Assembly: GCA_034520965.1 (NCBI GenBank) | Contig: JAXHMY010000008.1 | Coordinates: 128,001-192,000, forward strand | Reading direction: 5' to 3' | Origin: Spirochaetia bacterium | GTDB lineage: Bacteria; Spirochaetota; Spirochaetia; DSM-16054; Sediminispirochaetaceae | Length of the DNA: 64,000 nucleotides | In this document: piece after piece, positions 33,150 to 43,938 of the stretch | How the letters are laid out: every line of letters begins with the position of its first letter | Position numbering within the stretch: position 1 is the first letter of the stretch | Position numbers and translations under genes: made by a program | The notes under the pieces: model-generated | Told to the model about the DNA's origin: nothing | Database searches by the model: none | What the model saw: only the letters and a program-made list of their open reading frames with translations

Positions 33150-34742
33150 ATGAATGCTTATTTAGGTTTTGTTCTCCATGCTCACTTGCCCTTTGTCCGG
33201 CACCCGGAATATGATAAGTTTTTAGAAGAAAACTGGTTGTACGAGGCGATTTCAGAAACATACTTGCCCTTTCTGCGGATGTGCAATCGTCTTAAGCGGG
33301 AAAAGGTTCCCTTCCATCTAACCGTGTCAATCAGTCCCACTTTGTCTGCTATGCTGTCAGATGAATTACTGCAGGCGCGTTACATCGGGCATCTCAAAAG
33401 GCTGATCGAGCTTGGAGAGAAAGAACTGACCCGAACTCAAAATGACCCGGAGTTTCATCCCCTCGCCAAAATGTACAAGCAGCTATTTGAGCAAAATCTG
33501 CAAGATTTCGAAGAACTGTATCATAAGAACATATTATGGGGTTTTAAGAACCTGGAAAAAGAGGGGTATCTGGAAATAATTACAACTGCAGCTACCCACG
33601 CTTTTCTTCCGCTTTATCAACCCTATCCCGAGGCACTTGAGGCTCAGGTGCAGACTGCAGTTCTTGATCATAGTCGTAAATTTGGTAAAAAACCCCAGGG
33701 CTTTTGGCTGCCGGAATTTGGGTATTATCCTGGAATAGAAGAGGTCCTCCGAAAAAACAATATTGAGTATTTCTTTACCGCCGCTCACGGCATCCTTTTT
33801 GCCAGTCAAAGAACTCCCTATGGTGTGTATGCCCCACTGACGTTGCCAAACGGAGTGCATGCCTTCGGTCGCGACTATCCTTCCTCAGATGCGGTATGGT
33901 CCTCCGACAGGGGCTATCCGAGTGATGAGGATTATCGTGAGTTCTATCGAGATGTTGGCTATGATGAGCCGCTTGAGTATGTTCGTCCCTATATTCACGA
34001 ACCTGATGTGCGGGTGTGTACCGGTTATAAGTATTTCGCCGTTACCGGTTCGACGGACCAGAAGCGACCGTACGACCCTGATAAGGCGGATGCCAAAGTG
34101 AAAGAGCATGCCGAGAATTTTGTATATAACCGTACACGACAGTTAAAGAAGTTTGAGGGGCTTATAGACCGACCACCCTTTATAATTGCTCCTTTTGATG
34201 CGGAGTTATTCGGCCACTGGTGGTTTGAGGGGAATCAGTGGCTTGAGCAGGTAATTCGACAGGTGGCGGATTGTGATAATCTCAGTTTACTAACCCCTGC
34301 TAAGTATTTAAAACAGCACAAAGCCTGTCAGCGCGGCCGCCCTTCCTTTTCCAGTTGGGGGAATGAGGGCTATGCCGATGTGTGGCTGGACGGAAAGAAC
34401 GACTGGATTTATCGCCACATACACAAAGCTATCGAGCGGATGTCGGAGCTGGTAAGCCGCTACCCCGAGGTGAACGGCTTAAAACATCGTACCCTTAACC
34501 AGGCTGCCCGTGAGGTAATGCTTGCAATGGCCTCGGATTGGCCTTTCATTATGAAAACCGGAACTACCGTGCCCTACGCAGAGCGGCGGGTGAAAGAGCA
34601 TCTGTATAATTTTAATTATATTTACGACCGTCTCTGTCGCAATACGGTGGATACGGAGTGGCTCACTTCAATCGAGAAAAAGAATAATTTATTTCCGGAT
34701 ATCGACTACAAGATATTTTCTAAAAATAAGACGCAAGCCTAA
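33150..34742 (+). CDS. GH57 1,4-alpha-glucan branching enzyme-like protein (DUF1957)
   Basis: LHAHLPFVRH, ETYLP, GFWLPE, PFDAELFGHWWFEG and ASDWPF. Confidence 0.92.
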   Translation: MNAYLGFVLHAHLPFVRHPEYDKFLEENWLYEAISETYLPFLRMCNRLKREKVPFHLTVSISPTLSAMLSDELLQARYIGHLKRLIELGEKELTRTQNDPEFHPLAKMYKQLFEQNLQDFEELYHKNILWGFKNLEKEGYLEIITTAATHAFLPLYQPYPEALEAQVQTAVLDHSRKFGKKPQGFWLPEFGYYPGIEEVLRKNNIEYFFTAAHGILFASQRTPYGVYAPLTLPNGVHAFGRDYPSSDAVWSSDRGYPSDEDYREFYRDVGYDEPLEYVRPYIHEPDVRVCTGYKYFAVTGSTDQKRPYDPDKADAKVKEHAENFVYNRTRQLKKFEGLIDRPPFIIAPFDAELFGHWWFEGNQWLEQVIRQVADCDNLSLLTPAKYLKQHKACQRGRPSFSSWGNEGYADVWLDGKNDWIYRHIHKAIERMSELVSRYPEVNGLKHRTLNQAAREVMLAMASDWPFIMKTGTTVPYAERRVKEHLYNFNYIYDRLCRNTVDTEWLTSIEKKNNLFPDIDYKIFSKNKTQA

Positions 34743-34760
34743 GCTCCTGCTGTTGTGCGC

Positions 34761-35006
34761 TTAACGGGCAGCAAGTGAAAATAATTCATCTCCCCTGACA
34801 AGTTCTAAGTGATAATAATGGGCGGTTTCTCCTTTCATCTCTTTGTTCTGAATTTTTACGACCTTATATACTATCATTTTATGGCTGGCCAGGGGCAGTG
34901 AGACCGGCCGGCCGTTTATATCTACAATTTGGTTAAACTGTAGCCTGAATTCTATTTCTTGGGTTTCTCCTTCCGGGTATACAAGAAAATAGCTCTCCAT
35001 GAACAT
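34761..35006 (-). CDS. Small hypothetical protein
   Basis: 81-aa ORF with a GGAGGT RBS, divergent from mraZ. Confidence 0.7.
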   Translation of the reverse strand: MFMESYFLVYPEGETQEIEFRLQFNQIVDINGRPVSLPLASHKMIVYKVVKIQNKEMKGETAHYYHLELVRGDELFSLAAR

Positions 35007-35089
35007 CCATTACCTCCAAAGCACTTAACGCATGTAAAGTATATAGTATCGGCATCTTCTACTTTTCACTTTAATATAAAAAATCTCAG

Positions 35090-35163
35090 TTGACATCATT
35101 TTCTAATGCGATAGTATGTAGTGTAAAGGTGGGTAAAAGTGGGAAAATATAGGAGAAAGTGGT
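35090..35163 (+). promoter_or_regulatory. dcw promoter with MraZ-binding direct repeats
   Basis: TTGACA 35090 and TAGTAT 35112, then GTGGG/GTGGG/ATAGG/GTGGT at 35129, 35139, 35149 and 35159 (10-bp period). Confidence 0.8.
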
Positions 35164-35169
35164 AAAAAT

Positions 35170-35619
35170 ATGTTGATGGGTGAATACCACAACTCTATAG
35201 ATGATAAAAGCAGACTCTTATTACCTTCACGCTTGCGGACTGAAGTTGCCGGTTCGACACTGATTCTGACTCGTGGGGTAGATAAGTGTTTGTGGCTTTT
35301 TCCTCCAGAGGAATGGCGTAGAATTTCCGACAGCATCATGGGTTCATCATCAATGTTTAAGTCCAAAACACGCCTGCTGCAGCGGCGCATAATTGCACCG
35401 GCGCAGGAGTGCGAAATAGATAAAAGCGGTAGAATTTCGATTCCCCCCACCTTGCGTGAATCCGCCGAGATGAAGCTGAAGGGCGAGGCCGTCATACTTG
35501 GAATCGACAGCTATATGGAGCTCTGGGATATTGATGCGTATGCTGATTATCTGCAGGAGAGCGAAACTGATTTCATGGAAGCCGCCGAAGAATTGGGAGA
35601 GCTGCTGTCCCTACAGTAA
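35170..35619 (+). CDS. mraZ: Division/cell wall cluster transcriptional repressor MraZ
   Basis: IDDKSRL and IDKSGRI repeats. Confidence 0.96.
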   Translation: MLMGEYHNSIDDKSRLLLPSRLRTEVAGSTLILTRGVDKCLWLFPPEEWRRISDSIMGSSSMFKSKTRLLQRRIIAPAQECEIDKSGRISIPPTLRESAEMKLKGEAVILGIDSYMELWDIDAYADYLQESETDFMEAAEELGELLSLQ

Positions 35620-35675
35620 GTAGAGACAGGCTGGATATAGAAAGCAGATTGAAAAGGAGACACATCGGGTTGCTC

Positions 35676-36623
35676 ATGGATACCGTGCATTATTCCGTAC
35701 TTCAACAGGAAGTATTACAGTACCTATTACCGCCCCAGGGCGAAGGCCTGTTCATAGACTGTACCCTCGGCGAGGGGGGCCACTCAGAGCTGGTACTGCA
35801 AGAAAACCCCGGCATCAAACTAGTGGGTCTTGATGCCGATGCACACATCTTGGAAATTGCACGTCAGCGGCTAGAACCGTTTAAGGAACGGGTAAGGTTG
35901 TACAATACATGGTTCAACACCTTCTTCCGCGAGTATCCACTGGGAGGTGAGCGGCCTGATGCAATCCTTTTCGATCTCGGCATCTCAATATTTCATTACG
36001 AGCGGGCCGGCCGTGGTTTTTCCTTTCAAAAAGAAGAGCCCCTGGATATGCGTCTGGATACCACACTAGAAATTTCTGCTTATGATATTATCAATACGTA
36101 TCCGGAGAAGGAATTGGCAAGAATCTTTTTTGAATATGGTGAAGAACGCTATTCACGTATGATTGCTGCTGCTATTGTGCGTGAAAGAGCGAAAAGCAGC
36201 ATCGAAACCAGTGCCGAACTGGCTCAGCTCATTAAATCTTCGGTACCGGCCAAATACCGTTATGGACGAATTCATCCGGCCACCCGTTCCTTTCAAGCTC
36301 TGAGGATTATGGTGAATGGTGAATTAGCTCGACTTGAATCGGTTTTAGAGGATGCCTTAAGTGTGATAAAGGTCGGTGGGCGGATAGGAGTAATATCATT
36401 TCATTCCTTGGAAGACAGAATCGTAAAACAGTTTCTACAAAAGAAAAGTCAAACCTGCACTTGTCCGCCGGAATGGCCGATATGTAAATGTGGGGGGCAG
36501 GCAGTTGTAAAACTGATTCAAAAGAAGCCTATTCAACCGTCGGATGATGAGGTCGATCAAAATGCTCCTTCACGGAGCGCCAAATTGAGGGTTGCTGAAA
36601 AACTGATGGATGAGGAGCGCTGA
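35676..36623 (+). CDS. rsmH: 16S rRNA m4C1402 methyltransferase
   Basis: DCTLGEGGHS, LDMR, HPATRSFQALRI, FHSLEDR and SRSAKLR. Confidence 0.97.
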   Translation: MDTVHYSVLQQEVLQYLLPPQGEGLFIDCTLGEGGHSELVLQENPGIKLVGLDADAHILEIARQRLEPFKERVRLYNTWFNTFFREYPLGGERPDAILFDLGISIFHYERAGRGFSFQKEEPLDMRLDTTLEISAYDIINTYPEKELARIFFEYGEERYSRMIAAAIVRERAKSSIETSAELAQLIKSSVPAKYRYGRIHPATRSFQALRIMVNGELARLESVLEDALSVIKVGGRIGVISFHSLEDRIVKQFLQKKSQTCTCPPEWPICKCGGQAVVKLIQKKPIQPSDDEVDQNAPSRSAKLRVAEKLMDEER

Positions 36624-36624
36624 G

Positions 36625-36915
36625 ATGAAGAAACTGGTATTAATAGTTATGGCTGTAAGTGTCCCGATGATGTTCTTTCTGTCGGTACACCAGGTATATC
36701 GTTATCAACAGCTTGAAAGAGAAATAACCCAGCTGCAGGCTAAGCAGACGGAACAATTTGAAAGCAATAAGCGAAAAATTGCGAATATTGCAATTCTAAG
36801 TTCACCAAAAAGAATAGCCGAGCTTGCCCAGACTAGTCTGGACCTTACACAGCAGCAGCCGGACTCAAAAGTATTGAGAATTGTCCTGGGAACGAAGGAG
36901 AAGCCGGATGGATAG
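36625..36915 (+). CDS. ftsL: Cell division protein FtsL
   Basis: One TM plus coiled coil ending LSSPKRI; lies after rsmH. Confidence 0.8.
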   Translation: MKKLVLIVMAVSVPMMFFLSVHQVYRYQQLEREITQLQAKQTEQFESNKRKIANIAILSSPKRIAELAQTSLDLTQQQPDSKVLRIVLGTKEKPDG

Positions 36916-38320
36916 GCTTTTTTCTGTACGGGAGGCGGCTGCAATGGCCCAGTGCACACTGGTCTATGAAGGCAGTAAAATCCACGACGCCTGTATTTCA
37001 GGTGTTGCCACCGACTCACGAAAAGTGGGGCGGGACTTTTTATTTGTGGCTCTTAAGGGCGAACGAACTGATGGACATCGGTTTATAAGACAGGCAGTGG
37101 AAAATGGCGCCTCAGCGCTGCTGCTTTCTCAAGGTTTTACCAACTCCGAGGAGTATGCCCGAGAGCTTCAAGACGTACAGGTGCCGATTTTAGCACATGA
37201 AAATCCACTGCGAGCTATGCAGCTCTTGGCTTCGGAGTATCTGAAGGGATTCCCGCAGCTTATGAAAATAGGGGTAACCGGCAGCAATGGAAAAACAACC
37301 ACCAAGGAGTTATTAGCCTCGATTCTTAGTGAGCTAGTTTCGACGGTAAAAAACGAAGGCAACCTTAACTCGGATATTGGGCTGCCTTTATCTGTGTTTC
37401 AGGTGCGGGAACGGCACCATTTTGCGGTGTTTGAAATGGGAATTAACCGCGTGGGTGAAATGCAGACAATGGTGGATGTGCTGCAGCCTCAGTATGCAGT
37501 GATAACCAATATAGGGACTGCCCATATCGGCCTTTTGGCCAGCCAGGAAGGAATTTCAAGGGAGAAGGGAAGTCTGTTTGCAGCATTGCCGGCCGATGGA
37601 ATTGGTTTTTATCCTGAGACCTTTGAGTGGAAAAGCTATTTTACTCGGATATGTCGGGCACCTTTAGTGCCGTTTGGAGTGGAAACTACTGTAGGCGTGT
37701 ATAAAAGCGTAAGTCGAGGGTTGAAGGGCTGGATAATCACTTATGAAAACATACCGATTGAGTTGAGGCTGCCGGGAATACACAACTTAAATAATGCCCT
37801 GGCAGCTATTCAGGTTGCTCGTACACTCGGTGCGCACCCAGCACAGGTAAAGGCTGGGTTAGAAAAATATCAAACCCTGGAAGGGCGCAGTCAGATAATT
37901 GAAGGGGCTGCTACCATCGTTCAGGATTCCTACAACGCGAATGCAGAATCGGTAAACGCTATCCTCAGCACTCTGCAGGATGGAGTATCCGGGAGGCTGA
38001 TTGTTGTATTGGGGGCAATGAAGGAACTGGGCGCGAAAGCCGAGTCTTCACATCGAAAGGTGGGAAGTGCTATTGCCGGTATTGATGCGGAGGCGGTGTT
38101 TCTGTTTGGTGAAGAAATGCGCTTTGCGTTTCAGGAGGCTCAGCAGCAGGGTTTTCATAATAGGTTAGAGTTTACAACCGACTACAATGAGTTAGCCCAG
38201 TGGGTGTCCGATTTTGTGCAGCCGGGGGATACCGTGTTGTTAAAGGGTTCCCGTTCTATGGAGCTTGAAAGACTGGTGCCCCATATAGAAAAAAAATTTA
38301 AAACCCAGGAAAATCTTTAG
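36908..38320 (+). CDS. murF: UDP-N-acetylmuramoyl-tripeptide--D-Ala-D-Ala ligase
   Basis: TDSR, GSNGKTTTKE, DSYNAN and LLKGSR. Confidence 0.95.
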   Translation: MDRLFSVREAAAMAQCTLVYEGSKIHDACISGVATDSRKVGRDFLFVALKGERTDGHRFIRQAVENGASALLLSQGFTNSEEYARELQDVQVPILAHENPLRAMQLLASEYLKGFPQLMKIGVTGSNGKTTTKELLASILSELVSTVKNEGNLNSDIGLPLSVFQVRERHHFAVFEMGINRVGEMQTMVDVLQPQYAVITNIGTAHIGLLASQEGISREKGSLFAALPADGIGFYPETFEWKSYFTRICRAPLVPFGVETTVGVYKSVSRGLKGWIITYENIPIELRLPGIHNLNNALAAIQVARTLGAHPAQVKAGLEKYQTLEGRSQIIEGAATIVQDSYNANAESVNAILSTLQDGVSGRLIVVLGAMKELGAKAESSHRKVGSAIAGIDAEAVFLFGEEMRFAFQEAQQQGFHNRLEFTTDYNELAQWVSDFVQPGDTVLLKGSRSMELERLVPHIEKKFKTQENL

Positions 38321-38328
38321 GAGGGCGT

Positions 38329-39408
38329 GTGTTTCCGGAACTTTTTTTACCGTTGGTAAAATATTTTAGTGGCTTTAACATCTTTCAGTACATCACCTTC
38401 CGCTCAGCATATGCTGCAATGACGGCACTGTTGGTCTCGTTTGTGTTCGGGCGCCCGCTTATACGCAAACTGCAGCGCCTAAAAGCCGGGCAAGAGGTGC
38501 GGGAAGACGGTCCGGAGACCCATCTTGTAAAGTCGGGGACTCCGACTATGGGTGGTCTGCTTATTCTGATCTCGGTTACGATAGCAACCCTCCTATGGCA
38601 AGATCTCAACAATCCCTATACTTGGCTGCTTCTGTTTTCAATGATTGCTTTTGGCGGTATTGGCTTTGTTGATGACTATTTGAAGATTTTCCGCAAGAGT
38701 TCCGACGGCATGCATGCCAGGGTTAAGTTTATTGGTCAAACTTTGGTGGCACTGATAATTGTGGTGCTGCTGTATGTTTATGGAAACGAGCATACTACCT
38801 TGCTGTATATTCCCTTTTTCAAGCATGCGGTCCTTGATATGTCATATTTTTACATTCCCTTTGGAGTTGTATTGCTGGTGGGTACTTCCAATGCGGTAAA
38901 CCTTACTGATGGACTGGATGGTCTTGCGATTGGATTGGTAATTTTAGTAGGGATCACCTTTGCAATACTCACCTACATTACGGGGCGCATGGATTATTCT
39001 GAATATCTGCAGATTCCCTATCTGGTCGGTACAGGAGAACTGACGATTTTAACATTAGCCTTGGTGGGTGCGAGTATCGGCTTTTTGTGGTTTAACTCTC
39101 ATCCGGCTGAGGTTTTTATGGGCGATACCGGCAGTCTGGCTATCGGAGGAGTAATTGGGGTATTGGCTCTCGTGTTGAAAAAGGAGATCCTGTTGATTGT
39201 GATTGGTGGAGTTTTTGTGTTAGAAGCTCTATCGGTAATAATTCAGGTAGTCTCATATAAGTTGCGCAAGAAGCGGGTCTTTAAAATGGCTCCGCTGCAT
39301 CACCATTTTGAATTGAAAGGGTGGGCGGAAAGCAAAGTGGTAATCAGGTTTTGGATATTAGGCACCCTGTTTACCATTTTGAGTCTTTCAACCCTGAAGA
39401 TACAATGA
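38329..39408 (+). CDS. mraY: Phospho-N-acetylmuramoyl-pentapeptide transferase
   Basis: GTPTMGG, NLTDGLDGL, FMGDTGS and MAPLHHHFE. Confidence 0.97.
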   Translation: MFPELFLPLVKYFSGFNIFQYITFRSAYAAMTALLVSFVFGRPLIRKLQRLKAGQEVREDGPETHLVKSGTPTMGGLLILISVTIATLLWQDLNNPYTWLLLFSMIAFGGIGFVDDYLKIFRKSSDGMHARVKFIGQTLVALIIVVLLYVYGNEHTTLLYIPFFKHAVLDMSYFYIPFGVVLLVGTSNAVNLTDGLDGLAIGLVILVGITFAILTYITGRMDYSEYLQIPYLVGTGELTILTLALVGASIGFLWFNSHPAEVFMGDTGSLAIGGVIGVLALVLKKEILLIVIGGVFVLEALSVIIQVVSYKLRKKRVFKMAPLHHHFELKGWAESKVVIRFWILGTLFTILSLSTLKIQ

Positions 39409-40553
39409 TGAATGATAGATTTTATGCTGAAAGAGTAAAAGAAGAGCGCCACGACACGACTCTGTTTATCCTGTTCATACTTATTGTAGGAATAGGCCTG
39501 GGGACGCTCTTCTCCGCCTCGTACTATTACGGGGGTAAGCGCTTCGACGACCCGTTTTACTTCTTTTATCGGCAAATCGCCTTTGTCGGAGTGGGGGCTG
39601 TTCTGGCTTTTATCTCCTCAAGGATTCCCCTGCAGGCATTGGTTCGCAAAACACCCTTGCTGTTGGTACTTACTCTTGCCTTGTTGGTCGCTACCTTCAT
39701 ACCGGGGCTGAAACACAGCATTATGGGGGCTAATCGCTGGCTTAGTATTGGGGGGTATACCTTTCAACCTTCGGAATTAGCAAAGCTTACTCTGGTAATA
39801 TACCTAAGTGCTATTCTTTCAAAGAAGGGTGAACGACTCGATGATGTGGTTAATTCAATTATTCCCCCTCTTCTAGTGGTTTTTTTGTTTACAACGTTAA
39901 TTTACCTGCAGAATGATTTTTCAACAGCCTTGTTTGTTATCCTTGTTTCCCTGCTGTTGTTTTTTGTGGCCGGCATAAAGTTTCGCTATTTTTTGTTTTT
40001 GTTTTCATTGGTGTTGCCCCTGGCCTCTATGCTGGTGCTTACGAAGGAGTACCGGGTACGGCGGGTGATTGCGTTTCTGGATCCGAACAGCGATCCCATA
40101 GGCACTGGATATCAGGTAATAGCCGCCCGGCATGCACTGGCATCCGGTGACTTCTGGGGACGAGGTTTTGGTATGGGAACTGAGAAGTTCGGAGGGCTTC
40201 CGGAAGCCCATTCCGACTTTATTTTCGCCGTGTTTGCCGAGGAAATGGGCTTTGTTGGAGTTGTATTTGCGGTGGTTCTGTTTTTGGCCCTGGCCGTGCG
40301 CGGTTATTCTTTAGCGCTTCAGTATGAGTCAAGTGATCGCTTTAGTTTTATGCTCACCATCGGTCTTACGAGCTGTTTAGTGTTTCAGGCCTTGGCTAAT
40401 ATGGCAGTAGTGGTCGGAATGGTACCGGCTACAGGCCTTCCGCTGCCCTTTTTCTCGCATGGAGGGTCGTCGATGGTGATAAGTTTGATAATGGGTGGCT
40501 TATTGCTTAACTTGTCTCGGAATGCTCCCGTATCCGCAAGGGGGGAGTTATGA
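39405..40553 (+). CDS. ftsW: Peptidoglycan glycosyltransferase FtsW (SEDS)
   Basis: GANRW, FQPSELAK, LPEAHSDFIF and LPFFSHGGSS. Confidence 0.93.
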   Translation: MMNDRFYAERVKEERHDTTLFILFILIVGIGLGTLFSASYYYGGKRFDDPFYFFYRQIAFVGVGAVLAFISSRIPLQALVRKTPLLLVLTLALLVATFIPGLKHSIMGANRWLSIGGYTFQPSELAKLTLVIYLSAILSKKGERLDDVVNSIIPPLLVVFLFTTLIYLQNDFSTALFVILVSLLLFFVAGIKFRYFLFLFSLVLPLASMLVLTKEYRVRRVIAFLDPNSDPIGTGYQVIAARHALASGDFWGRGFGMGTEKFGGLPEAHSDFIFAVFAEEMGFVGVVFAVVLFLALAVRGYSLALQYESSDRFSFMLTIGLTSCLVFQALANMAVVVGMVPATGLPLPFFSHGGSSMVISLIMGGLLLNLSRNAPVSARGEL

Positions 40554-41413
40554 GCAGCATTGCATTATTTAAGAACTTTGATAGAAAATACCAGCCCCAG
40601 CACAGCACCATCCAGGACCAACGTGTTCAGCGGCGGGTCGAGCGGGACCAGCGAGATTTACGGCGCCTGTTTACCTTTATTATTGGAGTACTAGCTTTTC
40701 TGCTGGCGGCTGAGATCGTATATCATGTACTGATAGCTCCATATTTAGTGGTAAATAAAATCAGTATCCAAGCTGCCGGTGATTTTCCCTATACAAATGA
40801 GGAGCTGCTTTCTATCGCAGCGGTTGAAGGGAGTACTTATTTCTTCGATGTGAAACCGGAGTTAATCTCAGCGCGATTAGAACGCGTTCCGTTAGTAAAG
40901 AGTGCTGAAGTCAGCAAGAGGTTTCCCCACAGTTTGAATATAGCCATAACCGAACGCGAGCCCTTAGCGGCTCTTACCATTTTGGATGCCGAAGGAATGG
41001 TACCTACTTATGTTGATTCTTCTGGTATAATATTCCGATCCAGGGGAGTTGAATTTTTAGATTTACCGATCATTTCGGGGATAGACGTTCCTGTATATAA
41101 GGATGGAATGCAATTGCCGCAGGTACTCACAAGTTTCCTGGAGGATTTGAACCGTTTGCAGGTAGAGAATCCAGCCCTCTATCGGTTGATTTCCGAAGTG
41201 AAATTCGTTAAAAAGAACGCAACCGATTACGAAGTAGTGCTATTTCCATCACAATACCAGGTAAGAGTTCGGATCGGTCCTGTTCTTACCGAAGAATTGA
41301 TGAAATATATTGTATTGGTATTGGATGTGGTAGCTGAGAAAGGTATGGAAACAACCATTGAGGAGATCGATTTTAGAACGGATGAGGTTGTATACCGTGT
41401 GGGGGAGGAATAG
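40550..41413 (+). CDS. ftsQ: Cell division protein FtsQ/DivIB
   Basis: TM plus POTRA (VKSAEVSKRFPH..I..TERE) and IDFR; position in cluster. Confidence 0.85.
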   Translation: MSSIALFKNFDRKYQPQHSTIQDQRVQRRVERDQRDLRRLFTFIIGVLAFLLAAEIVYHVLIAPYLVVNKISIQAAGDFPYTNEELLSIAAVEGSTYFFDVKPELISARLERVPLVKSAEVSKRFPHSLNIAITEREPLAALTILDAEGMVPTYVDSSGIIFRSRGVEFLDLPIISGIDVPVYKDGMQLPQVLTSFLEDLNRLQVENPALYRLISEVKFVKKNATDYEVVLFPSQYQVRVRIGPVLTEELMKYIVLVLDVVAEKGMETTIEEIDFRTDEVVYRVGEE

Positions 41414-42649
41414 GTGCCTGCAAAAGATATGATTGTCGGACTTGATATTGGAACAAACAAGGTCTGCGCCGTTATCGGAGAATGGAACGAGAATGGTTTC
41501 ATCCAGATTACCGGTGTCGGTACAAGTCCGTCCGAAGGTCTTCGTCGCGGTGTGGTGGTGAACATAGAGTCTACTCTCCGTTCGGTACATGCGGCCATTG
41601 AAGCAGCCGAAATGATGTCCGGCCGAGAGGTTCAGGAAGTGGTAACCGGTATGGGCGGAGCTCATATTGAAGGGATCAACTCACGCGGAGTGGTGGCGGT
41701 AACCGGTAAGGGTCGGGAGATAAACCGTAATGATGTTGGACGGGTAATTGATGCCGCCAAAGCGATTGTAATACCAATGGACCGTGAGGTGATCCATGTT
41801 ATTCCGCAGGAGTTTATTGTTGATGACCAAGGAGGTATTAAAGATCCCCTGGATATGATCGGCATCAGGCTCGAGGCGGAAGTGCATATAATTACCGGCG
41901 CCGTGACAAGCGCTCAAAATTTATTGAAGTGTGTAAACAGAGCCGGCTTTCGAGTGCAGGATATCGTACTGCAGTCTCTGGCTTCGGGAAAGGCTGTTCT
42001 TTCTAAAGAGGAGAAAGAACTTGGGGTGCTGCTGATAGATCTTGGCGGCGGGACTACGGATATATTGGTGTATTCTGAAGGAGCTCCCTACTATACCGAT
42101 GTGCTTTCGATCGGTGGAGGGCAGGTAACCAACGATGTGTCGATTATGCTGAAAACACCCTTTGAGGCGGCGGAGAAGATCAAGCAGGAGGCCGGCTGCG
42201 CTTTTATGCCGATGATTGATGCTGAGGAGGAAGTGATTATCCCTGGAGTCGGTGGGTGGCCTTCGGCCTCAATACCACGCAAGGAGATCTGTAAAATTAT
42301 TCAACCGCGGATGGAAGAAATTTTCACTATGATTCGCAGCCGCCTTGAAAAGAAGGGTTTTGATAAGCACCTCGGCGGTGGAGTGGTAATTACCGGCGGG
42401 GGAGCACAGTTGCCGGGAACTGCTGAATTGGCGCGGGAGGTGTTCGGAATACCCGGCCGTATAGGGTATCCGGTGAAGGTTGGCGGCTTGTCCGACGTAT
42501 ATCAGAGTCCTATGTATGCAACTGGGGTTGGACTTGTGTTATATGCCGCTGAAATTATGGAAGCGGAAGGTGGGCACGTATCGCCGGGCAAGCGCAGTGG
42601 TGACGGAATGATGGGAAAGCTCAAGAACTGGTTCAAGGAGTTTCTATGA
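41414..42649 (+). CDS. ftsA: Cell division protein FtsA
   Basis: GLDIGT, IDLGGGTTD, AEKIK and C-terminal amphipathic helix. Confidence 0.97.
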   Translation: MPAKDMIVGLDIGTNKVCAVIGEWNENGFIQITGVGTSPSEGLRRGVVVNIESTLRSVHAAIEAAEMMSGREVQEVVTGMGGAHIEGINSRGVVAVTGKGREINRNDVGRVIDAAKAIVIPMDREVIHVIPQEFIVDDQGGIKDPLDMIGIRLEAEVHIITGAVTSAQNLLKCVNRAGFRVQDIVLQSLASGKAVLSKEEKELGVLLIDLGGGTTDILVYSEGAPYYTDVLSIGGGQVTNDVSIMLKTPFEAAEKIKQEAGCAFMPMIDAEEEVIIPGVGGWPSASIPRKEICKIIQPRMEEIFTMIRSRLEKKGFDKHLGGGVVITGGGAQLPGTAELAREVFGIPGRIGYPVKVGGLSDVYQSPMYATGVGLVLYAAEIMEAEGGHVSPGKRSGDGMMGKLKNWFKEFL

Positions 42650-42766
42650 GTTTCTAGAAACAAAGTGAAAATGAAAGTTGGGGCAATACGGAGTGCACAA
42701 GGGTTAGTGCCTTCCGTACTATCCCGCTATAAAATATATTTTCAAAACTATGCTCGGGAGGGGGCA

Positions 42767-43936
42767 ATGCAAATCGAAATAATTGATGATCACACACAAG
42801 AGCAGATAGAACCTACCGTTATCAAGGTAATCGGAGTAGGTGGCGGCGGAAGTAATGCGGTGAACCGCATGATTACATCCGGATTAAAGAAGGTAGATTT
42901 TATTGCAGTAAATACCGACATGCAGGCACTGCAGCGGTCGAACGCCCGTACTACGTTGCCGATTGGTTCTCAGCTCACCGGCGGCTTAGGTGCCGGAGGG
43001 GTTCCGGATGTTGGAGAAAAGGCCGCAGAGGAGTCGCGTGAGGAGATCAAAAACGCTCTGCAGGGGGCCGACATGGTCTTTATTACGGCTGGAATGGGCG
43101 GTGGTACCGGCACGGGCTCCGCACCGATTGTGGCACAGATTGCCCGTGAGATGGATGCACTTACGGTAGCAGTAGTAACGAAACCCTTCGATTTTGAGGG
43201 ACGGCAGAAAATGAAGCTGGCTGACCAGGGCATCGCTAAGCTGCGGAACGAAGTGGACACCCTTATTACTATTCCTAATCAGTACCTCCTCAAAATAGTT
43301 GAGCGGCGAACTCCAATACGCGAGGCTTTTTTGATGGCCGATGATGTCCTGCGTCAGGGAGTTCAGGGTATTTCTGAACTGATTACTGAACCCGGCGAAA
43401 TAAATATAGACTTTGCTGATGTGCGGACAATTATGAAGGGCCGCGGCGATGCTCTAATGGGTATTGGCGTGGGACACGGTGATAACCGGGCAGTAGATGC
43501 GGCGACCAATGCTATCAATAATCCCCTTTTAGAAGATGCTCATATTGAGGGAGCAAAAGGAATTTTAGTCAACGTAACCGGTGGGGAGGATTTGTCGCTT
43601 AGCGAGTATGAGGAGGTAGTGAAGATCATTACTGCCAATGCTGATGATGATGCTCTTATTATTCCCGGTCAGTCGATTAAAAGCGATTTGGAAGATGAGG
43701 TGAAGGTTACTGTTGTTGCTACCGGATTTCACAGCCAGGCCGTAACAGTGGATGAAGAGGTGTCACAGGAGCCCCAGGATGAAATTATTAAATATAAAGA
43801 GTGGCTGAATCTGCAGAAGGGGTTGAATCGTAATACCTCTGGTGGCTTCCTTAGCGGCCGTAATTCCGGTGATCACGATTTAGGGATACCAACGGTCCTG
43901 CGAGGCAAAAAAGCCTCGGGAGAGAACGAGCAGTAA
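42767..43936 (+). CDS. ftsZ: Cell division protein FtsZ
   Basis: [23 protein letters not shown] and C-terminal [17 protein letters not shown] before ATG 42767. Confidence 0.98.
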   Translation: MQIEIIDDHTQEQIEPTVIKVIGVGGGGSNAVNRMITSGLKKVDFIAVNTDMQALQRSNARTTLPIGSQLTGGLGAGGVPDVGEKAAEESREEIKNALQGADMVFITAGMGGGTGTGSAPIVAQIAREMDALTVAVVTKPFDFEGRQKMKLADQGIAKLRNEVDTLITIPNQYLLKIVERRTPIREAFLMADDVLRQGVQGISELITEPGEINIDFADVRTIMKGRGDALMGIGVGHGDNRAVDAATNAINNPLLEDAHIEGAKGILVNVTGGEDLSLSEYEEVVKIITANADDDALIIPGQSIKSDLEDEVKVTVVATGFHSQAVTVDEEVSQEPQDEIIKYKEWLNLQKGLNRNTSGGFLSGRNSGDHDLGIPTVLRGKKASGENEQ

Positions 43937-43938
43937 TA

